64,000 nucleotides of DNA, taken from assembly GCA_036502265.1 (NCBI GenBank), contig DASXYW010000016.1:4625-68624 (forward strand). The letters run 5' to 3'. The stretch is from Steroidobacteraceae bacterium (lineage in GTDB: Bacteria > Pseudomonadota > Gammaproteobacteria > Steroidobacterales > Steroidobacteraceae). Of this stretch, positions 8,552-17,407 are shown in pieces. Every line of letters begins with the position of its first letter. Position 1 is the first letter of the stretch. A program made the translations under genes and the position numbers. Under the pieces are notes generated by a model. That model had not been told where the DNA came from. It saw only the letters and a program-made list of their open reading frames with translations, and did not search any database.

Positions 8552-8902
8552 ATGATGCCAATCTCTCGTATCGACCTGACTGCACTGCTGCTGCTGGGGC
8601 TGGCGCCTTGGCCGGCGCTGCAGGCGGCCGACGCACCGGCGATCGCCGCCGCGGCCCAGACCACCGTCTCGATCCACGACTTCATGTTCTCGCCGATGGC
8701 GCTGCAGGTCACGGCCGGGACCACGGTCACCTGGACCAACCTCGATCCTGAACCCCATACGATCCGCAGCGTGGATGACAGCTTTCGTTCCGGTGCGCTC
8801 GATCAGAACGACAGCTTCACATTCAGGTTCGATAAACCCGGAACTTATAAGTATGGCTGCTCGATCCATCCGCAGATGATCGCCACGGTGGTGGTGAAGT
8901 AA
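8552..8902 (+). CDS. Cupredoxin (blue-copper, plastocyanin/amicyanin-like) protein
   Basis: Signal peptide present. Type-1 copper ligand pattern: His in DPEPHT plus C-x2-H-x2-M in YGCSIHPQM. It starts 7 nt downstream of the phosphoesterase gene. Confidence 0.8.
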   Translation: MMPISRIDLTALLLLGLAPWPALQAADAPAIAAAAQTTVSIHDFMFSPMALQVTAGTTVTWTNLDPEPHTIRSVDDSFRSGALDQNDSFTFRFDKPGTYKYGCSIHPQMIATVVVK

Positions 8903-8916
8903 CCCCAAGGTGGCAG

Positions 8917-10127
8917 CTAATTCACCAGCAGCGCGTAGCGGCGACAGTGCTCAAGGTACGCTGCCTCGTGGCTTACCATGAGGTCGATTACGCTGCTCCA
9001 TAGCCACGGCGGCGCCTCGAGCCGCTTGGAACGATTGCGATTCAGTGCACGTCGCCACCGGGTACGCTCAGCGCTGGCCATCTGGCGGGCATGCGCAGTA
9101 CCGACCACGGCGGCCAGGTAGCGCGCTGCCATCACCGCTTCCTCGCGCGTCAATTGGTCGATCTCGAGCTTGAGGTCCTGCGGCAACAGCTCGCGAATGA
9201 ATGCCGATCGTCCCATGATCTTGACCGGCAACATCCGTTCGCCCAGGTAAGGGGACAACGCCCGAGCTCCCTGCACCACCCGCTGGGCCTGATCGCGCGG
9301 CATCGCAGTGCGCGAAAAACGGGGGTGCCGCGGCGGCCACGACCTCCTTGATATCGATCAGGCAAAAATCGTCCGGCTTGGATGCCTTGCCGACTCCCAG
9401 CAGCACCGCATAACGCAGTCGCCAATGAACTGCAGCCTTTCATCCAGTAGGCCGCGTCGAGCACTTTTATTTTCGCGCCGGACTTGCGCGATTTGAGCGA
9501 CGTGACCAGTGCGCGCACTTCGGGTTCGGCAAACAGGAGCTTGATCTGCTTTCCTTCCGGTTTTGAAAGTGGCCAGAAGCGCTCGCCCAAAGGAATGGTG
9601 GGAGTGACGTCCTCGATTCGTTCCCGAGCCAGATGTTTCCAGGTTCGATTCATCGCCCGTTTCATCACGATGCGCACCGATTCGGGTTTGGGTCCCAGAG
9701 CGGCGGCGGAACGGCGATGCGACAACGCTTGCTGATAGCCGGCCATCATTTGTTCCAGCATGTGGGCAGTGGTCAGGCCCGGCAGGTCTGAGCCGCGCGC
9801 CGCGGTGGCCAAAGACATCGCTAGCCGGATCAGGTCGTGGGCCGGATTGCCGATGACGGCCTGATCCAGGTCGCGAATTTGAATTTCAACCTGCCCGTCG
9901 GCGTTTGCCACCGGCCCCAGATTACCCAGGTGGCAGTCCCCGCATATCCAGACCGCGGCACCTTTGGGGATGTCATGGGGGCCACGCTGGTGCAGCCATT
10001 CATAGAATCGCAGTGTATTGCCGCGAACGTAGGCATGCGCCGAGCGAGCCATCTTCAGCGACTGCCGGGCACTCAGCGCCGCTGGTCTCGCATCAGCAGA
10101 AACGACATCGATCGCAGATGGGCTCAT
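8917..10127 (-). pseudogene. DUF2252-family gene disrupted by two frameshifts
   Basis: Consecutive DUF2252 segments lie in three different frames. ORF 9150..10370 carries AHAYVRGN...CGDCHLGNLG...KVLDAAYWMKGCSSL. ORF 9068..9406 carries LLGVGKASKPDDFCLIDIKEVV. ORF 8917..9303 carries QRVVQGARALSPYLGERMLPV...EAAYLEHCRRYA. The frame switches fall at about 9425 and about 9305. The likely original start is ATG 10127. Confidence 0.7.
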
Positions 10128-10310
10128 CTGCGCATCATCCTGACACAGGGATGCACAGGCGTCGAAGGCGCGCCGCTCGACGGCGTGTCGTCCAGACACT
10201 GACAGCGAGTTCCGGCGTTGCAGGATTTGGTAGCTGATATCTTGCAATGATGGATAGCGAGAACGTGCGTGTCCTCTGCTAGCAGCGGCAAGGTCAAAGA
10301 GGGCACCTCC

Positions 10311-12395
10311 ATGGCGCACGGCGCGCTGTGGGATGGCAAAGGGACTAACTTCACCCTCTTTTCCGCGCATGCCACCAAGGTTGAAGTCTGTCTGTTCGAT
10401 TCAGCGGGCCTCCGCGAACGCGAACGCTTGGTGCTGCCGGAATACACCGACGAGATCTGGCACGGCTACGTACCGGATGTGGGCCCCAGTGATGTCTATG
10501 GCTTTCGGGTGCATGGACCGTATGAGCCGCAGGCAGGGCATCGATTCAATCCCAACAAGCTGCTGCTCGACCCGTATGCTCGTGCCCACATCGGCGAGCT
10601 GAAATGGGATCCGGCCTGTTTCGGATACACCATCGGTGCCGAGGACGATGATTTGACGTATGACGAGCGCGACAGCGCGCCGTTCATGCCCAAATGCGTG
10701 GTCGTGGACCCGAACTTCGATTGGCAGGGGCAGCCACGCTCGCGCGGCGTGGCCTGGGATCAGACCATCATCTACGAAGCGCATGTGCGCGGCTTCACCA
10801 AGCTGCATCCCCAAGTTCCGCAAAAGCAACGCGGGACTTATGCTGGCATGGCTACCAGGGAGGTGATCGACTACGTACGCTCGCTCGGCGTGACCTCGAT
10901 CGAACTGCTGCCGATTCACACTTTCATCAATGACAGCAACCTGCTGGAAAAGGGTCTGACCAACTACTGGGGTTACAACAGTATCGGTTTCTTTGCGCCT
11001 GATCCGCGTTATGCGTCGGAACCGGAGCAGAGCCTGCGAGAATTCAAGGAAATGGTGGCGCGCTTCCACGACGCCGGCCTCGAAGTGATTCTGGACGTGG
11101 TGTACAACCATACCGCCGAAGGCAACGAGCGCGGACCGACGCTCTCATTCAAAGGCATCGACAACGCTTCGTATTACCGGTTGCTACCGGACAACCAACG
11201 CTACTACATCAACGATACCGGCACCGGCAACACTCTTAACCTATCGCACCCGGCCGTAATCCAGATGGTGACCGACAGTCTGCGCTACTGGGTAAATGAG
11301 CTGCACGTGGACGGGTTTCGTTTCGATCTGGGCACGATTCTGGCGCGCGAGCCCAACGGCTTCGACAACCAGAGTGGCTTTCTCAAAGTCTGTCACCAGG
11401 ACCCGGTGCTCCGATCGGTCAAATTGATCGCCGAGCCCTGGGACTGCGGCCCGGGCGGCTATCAGGTCGGTGGATTCCCGCCGGGCTGGGCGGAGTGGAA
11501 CGATCGATATCGGGACGTGGTGCGCGACTTCTGGAAGGGCGCCGCGCCCGCCAGTGCGGTCGCGCAGCGTCTGTGCGCCTCGGGCGATGTGTTCAATCAT
11601 CTGGGGCGCCGACCTTCCTCGTGCGTGAACTTCATTACGGCGCACGACGGCTTCACTCTCAACGATGTCGTCTCCTACAACGACAAGCACAATGAGGCCA
11701 ATGGCGAGCACAACCGGGATGGCAGCACCGACAATCGCTCGTGGAATTGCGGCGTCGAGGGGCCGACCGCTGATCCTGCCATCAATGCGCTGCGCCAGCG
11801 CCAGATCCGCAACATGCTTTCGACCTTGTTGCTCTCGCAAGGCACCCCGATGCTGCTGGCCGGCGATGAGTTCGGCCGCACGCAGCAAGGCAACAATAAT
11901 GCCTACTGCCAGGACAACGAGATCAGCTGGCTTCGCTGGGATCTTGCCGATAAGAGCAAAACCCTGGTGGCACTGGTCCAGACGTTGACAAAGCTGCGCC
12001 ACAAGTACGCGATTTTGCGACGCAACCGATTCCTCACGGGCGCCTACGATGAGGAGCTGGAGGTGAAGGACCTGACCTGGATCAATGCCTCCGGATCCGA
12101 GATGCAAAGTGATGACTGGGGCGACACCAACATGCGCTGCTTCGGAATGCTCATGGATGGTCGGGCTCGCCCGACCGGCGTGCGTCAACGCGGCACCGAG
12201 GCGACCATGCTGTTGGTGCTCAATGCCCACCACGATCGGGTGCAATTCACGCTGCCGTCTTCGCCCGGAGGTGAAATCTGGAGCGTGGTTCTGGACACCA
12301 ATATGCCCGACAGCCAGGCCAGTGCCTCGGTCGCCAGCGGCCAGCAGTACGCCGTCACCGCCCGCTCGTTACTGCTCTTTGCGCTTAGCAAGTAG
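10311..12395 (+). CDS. glgX: Glycogen debranching enzyme (GH13)
   Basis: GH13 catalytic motifs are present: DVVYNHT, DGFRFDLG, EPWD and FITAHDGFTL. The N-terminus GALWDGKGTNFTLFSAHATKVEVCLFD is typical of GlgX. Start is ATG 10311, or GTG 10269 as given in the track. Confidence 0.85.
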   Translation: MAHGALWDGKGTNFTLFSAHATKVEVCLFDSAGLRERERLVLPEYTDEIWHGYVPDVGPSDVYGFRVHGPYEPQAGHRFNPNKLLLDPYARAHIGELKWDPACFGYTIGAEDDDLTYDERDSAPFMPKCVVVDPNFDWQGQPRSRGVAWDQTIIYEAHVRGFTKLHPQVPQKQRGTYAGMATREVIDYVRSLGVTSIELLPIHTFINDSNLLEKGLTNYWGYNSIGFFAPDPRYASEPEQSLREFKEMVARFHDAGLEVILDVVYNHTAEGNERGPTLSFKGIDNASYYRLLPDNQRYYINDTGTGNTLNLSHPAVIQMVTDSLRYWVNELHVDGFRFDLGTILAREPNGFDNQSGFLKVCHQDPVLRSVKLIAEPWDCGPGGYQVGGFPPGWAEWNDRYRDVVRDFWKGAAPASAVAQRLCASGDVFNHLGRRPSSCVNFITAHDGFTLNDVVSYNDKHNEANGEHNRDGSTDNRSWNCGVEGPTADPAINALRQRQIRNMLSTLLLSQGTPMLLAGDEFGRTQQGNNNAYCQDNEISWLRWDLADKSKTLVALVQTLTKLRHKYAILRRNRFLTGAYDEELEVKDLTWINASGSEMQSDDWGDTNMRCFGMLMDGRARPTGVRQRGTEATMLLVLNAHHDRVQFTLPSSPGGEIWSVVLDTNMPDSQASASVASGQQYAVTARSLLLFALSK

Positions 12396-13080
12396 GCGCG
12401 TGCTGTGCGTGCGAGTTCGGCAGCGGCACCACGCCCGCTTGCGTTGCCCACACGCTGGCGAGCCAGGGTTGCTGTTCGCACGGCAATCCGACAGGGCGGA
12501 AGTAGTGCTCCAGCTCGACAAAGCCGGCGCGCTTAAGGTAACCCTGCCAGGCCGCCAGGTCGTGGAAGGCGCCGTAGCGACCGCGGTTCCAGCCCTCCTC
12601 GTTGTCGCCGCGCGGATTGGAGCTGAACAGCACGCCGCCGGGTTTGAGCGTGGCGTGTAGCTCGGACAGCACGCGCGGCAACTGCAGGCTGGGTACGTGA
12701 AATAGTGAGGCGTTGGCAAAGATGCCGTCGAAATAGTGTGCCGGCAGCGCCAGCCGCAAAAAGTCCTGGTGCCATACCTCGCAGCCACTGACGCTGCGCG
12801 CCATCTGGACGAACTGCTCGGCGCCATCCAGTCCCACGGCCACATGGCCGCGTGCCCGGATCGCGCATAGATCGCGTCCGGGCCCGCAGCCGAAATCCAG
12901 GATCCGGTACGGCGGGCTGGCCCGGATATGCCGTAGCAGCGCATCGATGTTCTGACTGACATCGTGGTCCCAGGTACTGTGGCGAAACTGGTCCGCGGTG
13001 CGGTTGTAGTGTTCCAGCGTCAACGCCGCGATCTGCCCCGGTTCGTGCGCTTCTTCGGCCGTGTTAGCCACCTCGCTCAT
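12385..13080 (-). CDS. Class I SAM-dependent methyltransferase
   Basis: Motif I (ILDFGCGPGRD) and post-I/II motifs are present. 231 aa. Substrate unknown. Confidence 0.7.
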   Translation of the reverse strand: MSEVANTAEEAHEPGQIAALTLEHYNRTADQFRHSTWDHDVSQNIDALLRHIRASPPYRILDFGCGPGRDLCAIRARGHVAVGLDGAEQFVQMARSVSGCEVWHQDFLRLALPAHYFDGIFANASLFHVPSLQLPRVLSELHATLKPGGVLFSSNPRGDNEEGWNRGRYGAFHDLAAWQGYLKRAGFVELEHYFRPVGLPCEQQPWLASVWATQAGVVPLPNSHAQHAPTC

Positions 13081-13203
13081 ACAATCCTGAAAACATAATT
13101 GTGAATTAGCATAGACATACGATAACTACGAAGAAAGCACCTTAGATTCCTAGCTATCCTGTTTTGCGCACCGGCATACTGCTGGATACGAGGTATCGAG
13201 GCA

Positions 13204-13749
13204 GTGAGCAGCGCGCGCATCCATTCAACCGCCCCCGAGCTCGCGCGCCGCAGCCTGTTCGGATTCATTCTCACCTTCATCGCAGCGCGCTCGGTCGTGT
13301 TTCTGATCATGGCGCAGCGCATGCCGAATCTCTATTTCTTCCTGCGCGGCACCCACGTGCACCATCTGAACTACGGCATCTTCCTGTTGGCCGGGGTCGG
13401 AGCCTACCTGCTGTTCGCGATGCCGGGCGGCAGGGCGCTGCGCGTGGCGGCGCTGGCGTATGGCATCGCAATGGCGCTGACCTTCGATGAGTTCGGGATG
13501 TGGCTGCACCTGGGCGGCAGCTATTGGCAGCGCGCCAGCGTCGATGCGATCGTGGTGGTGGCGGCGCTGCTGGGCCTGATCGCCTATGCGCGCTCGATCC
13601 ACCGCTTCGAGTCCCGGCATGTCATCGCCTCGATTGCGATCCTGGTCGCGCTGGCGGTGTTTGCAATCGCGCTGTACGACGCGTCGACCCGCATCGGGCT
13701 GCTCGAGGGACCGCGCTTGCGCGAGCTGGAGCAGGCATCCTCGCCCTAG
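13204..13749 (+). CDS. Hypothetical integral membrane protein
   Basis: 181-aa ORF with 4-5 predicted hydrophobic segments. I could not recognise a family. It follows an AT-rich intergenic region (13081-13203). Confidence 0.45.
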   Translation: MSSARIHSTAPELARRSLFGFILTFIAARSVVFLIMAQRMPNLYFFLRGTHVHHLNYGIFLLAGVGAYLLFAMPGGRALRVAALAYGIAMALTFDEFGMWLHLGGSYWQRASVDAIVVVAALLGLIAYARSIHRFESRHVIASIAILVALAVFAIALYDASTRIGLLEGPRLRELEQASSP

Positions 13750-13836
13750 GCGCGCATTTCGCTCGCAGTCGAGAGCCGCTGGGGTACGCTTGTATGCTCG
13801 CGCGACGTAGCGACTAGGCAACGAAAAGGGGGATGC

Positions 13837-14376
13837 ATGACCCTGGTCGGATTTGGTCAGCCGGATGACGGCATCATCCAGATGGCGTATGTGGTGGAGG
13901 ATATCCAGGCGGCCATGGCCGCCTGGGTCGAGAAGCTCAAGGTCGGTCCCTGGTTTCTGTTGGATCGATTCACCGGTGAGCAGCCGATGTATCGCGGCCA
14001 ACCATCCCGTGCGGAGGTCAAACTGGCCATGTCGTTTGCCGGGCACATGAACATTGAACTCATTCAGCCTGGTAACGACGCACCCTCCGTATATCGCGAG
14101 GTGATCGAGCGGCGCGGCTATGGTTTTCATCACTGGGGCAAGGCCACGGCGCAATTCGATGACGATCTGGCGCGCTACCGCAAGGCCGGACACGAGGTCG
14201 GCTTCATCTGCCGCGTGCCCAGCGGCGGGCGGGTCGCGTACCTTGACACCACTGCCACACTGGGCGGATTCGTCGAGTTGATCGAACTGGGCGGTGGATT
14301 CGAGCCGGTATTCAGCCGTTTCTATCGCGCCAGCATCGGCTGGGACGGCTCTGACCCGGTTCGTCCATTCATCTGA
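13837..14376 (+). CDS. VOC (glyoxalase/bleomycin-resistance/dioxygenase) family protein
   Basis: 179 aa. The sequence shows a paired beta-alpha-beta-beta-beta module pattern (IIQMAYVVEDIQAAMAAW...NIELIQP...GFHHWG...FVELIEL). Confidence 0.65.
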   Translation: MTLVGFGQPDDGIIQMAYVVEDIQAAMAAWVEKLKVGPWFLLDRFTGEQPMYRGQPSRAEVKLAMSFAGHMNIELIQPGNDAPSVYREVIERRGYGFHHWGKATAQFDDDLARYRKAGHEVGFICRVPSGGRVAYLDTTATLGGFVELIELGGGFEPVFSRFYRASIGWDGSDPVRPFI

Positions 14377-14386
14377 TCGGCGGTTG

Positions 14387-15535
14387 ATGCTGCGGCTGAT
14401 CGCGCTGCTGCCGGTTCTGATCTGGCTGTATCTGCTGATCGGCCGCGGCGGCTTCTGGCGCATGGCTCGCCAGCTTGCGCTCGCGAGCGCGACCGATCAT
14501 GTGGCCGCGAGCGTGGTTGCCGTCGTTCCAGCACGCAACGAGGCGCAGGTGATCGGGGCTGCGGTGCAATCATTGCTGCGGCAACAGTTTCGCGGGCGCC
14601 TGCACGTGATCGTGGTCGATGACGGCAGCGACGATGGCACCGCTGGCCACGCGCTTGCGGCTGCGGCGGCGGCCGGTGGCGTCGGGCGGTTGACGGTGAT
14701 TGACGGCACACCCCCGCCCGCGGACTGGCGCGGCAAGCTCTGGGCGATGGCTCAGGGGGCCGCCGCGGCCCAGGCGCTGGCCCCCGATTTCCTGCTGTTC
14801 ACGGATGCCGATATCCAGCATGCACCACGCGCGCTTGCCGCCCTGGTGGCCAATGCCGAGGCACAGCGCTGCGATCTGCTGTCGTGCATGGTGCAGCTGC
14901 AAGCGGGCTCGAAGGCCGAGCGCTGGCTGATTCCCGCCTTCGTCTTCTTGTTCTTTTTGCTGTATCCGCCGGCTTGGGTGGCCTCGGGCCGCCGCCGTAC
15001 CGCAGCGGCTGCCGGCGGCTGCATGTTGATGCGACCGGCCATGCTCGAACGCATCGGGGGCCTTACGGCCATCCGCGGCCAGATCATCGACGACTGCGCT
15101 CTGGCGCGGGCCGTCAAGAGCCACGGCGGCCGGCTGTGGCTCGGGCTGACGCGCCAGTCGAGCAGCCTGCGTCCGTATGGTTCCGCCGCGTCGATCGGGC
15201 AGATGATTTCGCGCACCGCGTTCAACCAGCTGCACCACTCATACACGCTGTTGCTCGCAACGCTCGTGGGATTGTTCCTGACTTACGAATTGCCGCTGCT
15301 GCTGCTGTTCTCGAGCGACACAGTGATCACCATCCTGGGCCTGGCGGCGCTGGCGCTCATGAGCCTGACCTATCTGCCCACGGTGCGCTTCTATAAGGTG
15401 TCGGCCTGCTGGGCGCTGGCGCTGCCCGCCGTGGCACTGTTCTACGCCGCGGCCACTATGCATTCGGCGCTGCAATATGCCCGCGGGCGTGGGGGGCGCT
15501 GGAAGGGCCGGGCCCAGGATGGGCGAGTGCCCTGA
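14387..15535 (+). CDS. Family 2 glycosyltransferase, HpnB-like (hopanoid-associated type)
   Basis: Start ATG 14387 lies after the VOC stop. N-terminus is LIWLYLLIGRGGFWR. GT2 motifs are present: VVPARNEA, VIVVDDGSDDGT and FTDADIQH. A multi-TM C-terminus follows. The resemblance to HpnB is from my memory of the family, not from a search. Confidence 0.55.
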   Translation: MLRLIALLPVLIWLYLLIGRGGFWRMARQLALASATDHVAASVVAVVPARNEAQVIGAAVQSLLRQQFRGRLHVIVVDDGSDDGTAGHALAAAAAAGGVGRLTVIDGTPPPADWRGKLWAMAQGAAAAQALAPDFLLFTDADIQHAPRALAALVANAEAQRCDLLSCMVQLQAGSKAERWLIPAFVFLFFLLYPPAWVASGRRRTAAAAGGCMLMRPAMLERIGGLTAIRGQIIDDCALARAVKSHGGRLWLGLTRQSSSLRPYGSAASIGQMISRTAFNQLHHSYTLLLATLVGLFLTYELPLLLLFSSDTVITILGLAALALMSLTYLPTVRFYKVSACWALALPAVALFYAAATMHSALQYARGRGGRWKGRAQDGRVP

Positions 15536-15550
15536 AGATAAGGTAGCCGG

Positions 15551-15984
15551 TCAGGCCGGCGGGGGCTGGCCGTCGAACTTCGGCAGCGACGCATCCAGGC
15601 AGGCCCAGCTGGGCGCGTGCGCCACCCAGATGGAAGGCCCGCGGCTTACCCGGTTCGGGGTCATTCAGCGTGCCGACCCGCACGAAGCTCAGGTGCGGTC
15701 GCGCTTCGGATTCGCTGAACAGATGCACGCCGCATATCGGGCAGAAACGTCGGTGCATGGTATTGCCGCTGTCGGCCACGCTGACATAGTCACGCAGCTC
15801 GCCTTCAATCCGGATGGCGGCGCGCGGAAAGCACACATTCACGGTCGCGCTGCCAGCCCCGATGTGCTGGCACACACGGCATCAGCAGGTGCGACTGGTA
15901 ATGGGGCTCAGCATCGATTTGATAGCGCACTGTTCGACAAAGACAGCCACCGGTAACGCTCACACCCGCTGCCCGACAGGCCAT
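15551..15984 (-). pseudogene. GFA (glutathione-dependent formaldehyde-activating enzyme / CENP-V) family gene, disrupted
   Basis: Track ORF 15456..15875 holds the middle part (CRVCQHIGAGS...RRFCPICGVHLF...VRVGTLNDP). The N-terminus (MACRAAGVSVTGGCLCRTVRYQIDAEPHYQSH, from ATG 15984) is in another frame, and a TGA lies at about 15882-15884. The expected C-terminus (WVAHAPSWACLDASLPKFDGQPPPA*, stop about 15551) is in yet another frame after about 15625. The span is 434 nt, which is not a multiple of 3. Confidence 0.5.
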
Positions 15985-16044
15985 GACACCGCGATTCTAC
16001 CCTCGGAGTAGAATAACTCTGTGGATTTTGGTTGGAGATTCGCC

Positions 16045-16320
16045 ATGGCTAACACACACCGATTGGTTGCGAGCTTGCTGAGCGTTGCGGCGCTCACAGC
16101 TTGCGCCACCGCGCCGCCGCACCCCACGACCGCGAACGCCTCGACTGCGCCACGTTACGTCACCGTCACTGGGTCGCATCTGGCTGCGCCGGTGGATCCT
16201 CGCACCGGCATGCCGATAACCTCGGTGCCCCTTCAGACCGTCACGGTCGACGAAATGCGGAGCACGGGTCAGGACGATCCCGCTCAGGCGCTGCGCATGC
16301 TGGTGCCGATCATTCGATAG
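16045..16320 (+). CDS. Small putative lipoprotein
   Basis: Start ATG 16045 sits behind GGAGA. A lipobox is present (LLSVAALTAC). 91 aa, no recognised family. Confidence 0.4.
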   Translation: MANTHRLVASLLSVAALTACATAPPHPTTANASTAPRYVTVTGSHLAAPVDPRTGMPITSVPLQTVTVDEMRSTGQDDPAQALRMLVPIIR

Positions 16321-16342
16321 TGCGTGTAGACGCCCACGTGCG

Positions 16343-17407
16343 CTAGGGCAGCGACATCGGCCGATCATAGCCGGTCAGCTCGAGGTACCCGCGACCCGCA
16401 GGCTCGGTGCCCTCGCTTGCAAGCACCGCGCCCTCCCAGTAGAGAGTGCCGCTGGAAGCGCGGGTGTCATTCTCCTGATCATCGAGCAGCGGTTCGAGAT
16501 CGAAGCGACGGCCGCCCACCCGGAGCTGCCAGCTTACCGGGTAGAGCACGTCGCTGCGGGGTGAGCGCCAGCGCCGTCCGGGCCGGAACTCCACCTCCTG
16601 TGGCGCAAAACTGCGGGACTGGCCGGTGGCATTGCGAAGCGTGGCGCCCGCCCAGTAGGCGCCGCCGGTCGCATCGCGGATCCGGAACGCCATGAGTGCG
16701 CCGCCGTCGTTGAGGTTCAGCCCGACCCAGTCCCAGCCCACCGCCCCCCGGCCCAGATATTGGCTGGACCACTCGTGATCGAGCCATCCCTCACCGGTCA
16801 CTTTGTCACGGCGAGCACCGCGAGTGACGATGCCGCTGACGCGCAGGTGGGGCTCGCTGTAGTAGTAGCTGGCCGCGGCGCTGGCCGGACCCTTGCGGCT
16901 GAAACCGGCATCTCCTTCCAGCAGTACCGGCTGGGATGTCACCAGGCTCAGATCGATCGAGAACTCCTGGGCGATGAGATGCGCATGGTAACCGGCACCG
17001 TCCCGCTCGAGCTTCCAGTCATCGATCCAGATGTCGGTGTCGGATTCGCGCGCCTCGGCCAAACCAAGACCGGCGCGGCGAATGCGCTGGTCCCGCCACA
17101 GGTGACCTGCGGCCGGATCGCTGATGGCGCAGTGGGCGATCAGCAGCTGACGCGGAGCGAACGCACTGGGGTTGGCGTCGGCCTCGCTCTGGCGCGCGCG
17201 AAAGAACGTCACCTGGAATCCGAGCACCTGGTGCGTGGCGGTGTTCAGCCAGCCGGTGACGTACCACCATTCGATTCCAAAGTCGGGATGACTGCCGCCA
17301 TCGCGCGGAAATTGCAGCGCGTAGCCGGCGAGCACCGGCGCCAGCGACATCGCCGGGCCGGCGAGCAGCAGCGCCAACGCCGCCAGCAGCGCCAGCCGAC
17401 GCGACAT
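16343..17407 (-). CDS. AttH-like periplasmic lipocalin / carotenoid 1,2-hydratase (CrtC)-like protein
   Basis: Start ATG 17407 (MSRRLALLAALALLLAGPAMS, signal peptide) overlaps the permease stop by 1 nt. The sequence FPRDGGSHPDFGIEWWYVTGWL is typical of the AttH/CrtC lipocalin-like family found with AttEFG-type ABC systems. Confidence 0.7.
   Translation of the reverse strand: MSRRLALLAALALLLAGPAMSLAPVLAGYALQFPRDGGSHPDFGIEWWYVTGWLNTATHQVLGFQVTFFRARQSEADANPSAFAPRQLLIAHCAISDPAAGHLWRDQRIRRAGLGLAEARESDTDIWIDDWKLERDGAGYHAHLIAQEFSIDLSLVTSQPVLLEGDAGFSRKGPASAAASYYYSEPHLRVSGIVTRGARRDKVTGEGWLDHEWSSQYLGRGAVGWDWVGLNLNDGGALMAFRIRDATGGAYWAGATLRNATGQSRSFAPQEVEFRPGRRWRSPRSDVLYPVSWQLRVGGRRFDLEPLLDDQENDTRASSGTLYWEGAVLASEGTEPAGRGYLELTGYDRPMSLP

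Noticed and set aside
13225-14463. The 412-aa minus-strand ORF, and similar long ORFs elsewhere (for example 49431..50717 antisense to cbbL, and 61820..63901 and 62457..63851 within the RND pump gene).
   Set aside because: They overlap genes with clear family signatures on the other strand or in another frame, have low-complexity Arg/Gly/Pro/Ala composition, and show no motifs. These are expected artefacts of GC-rich DNA.
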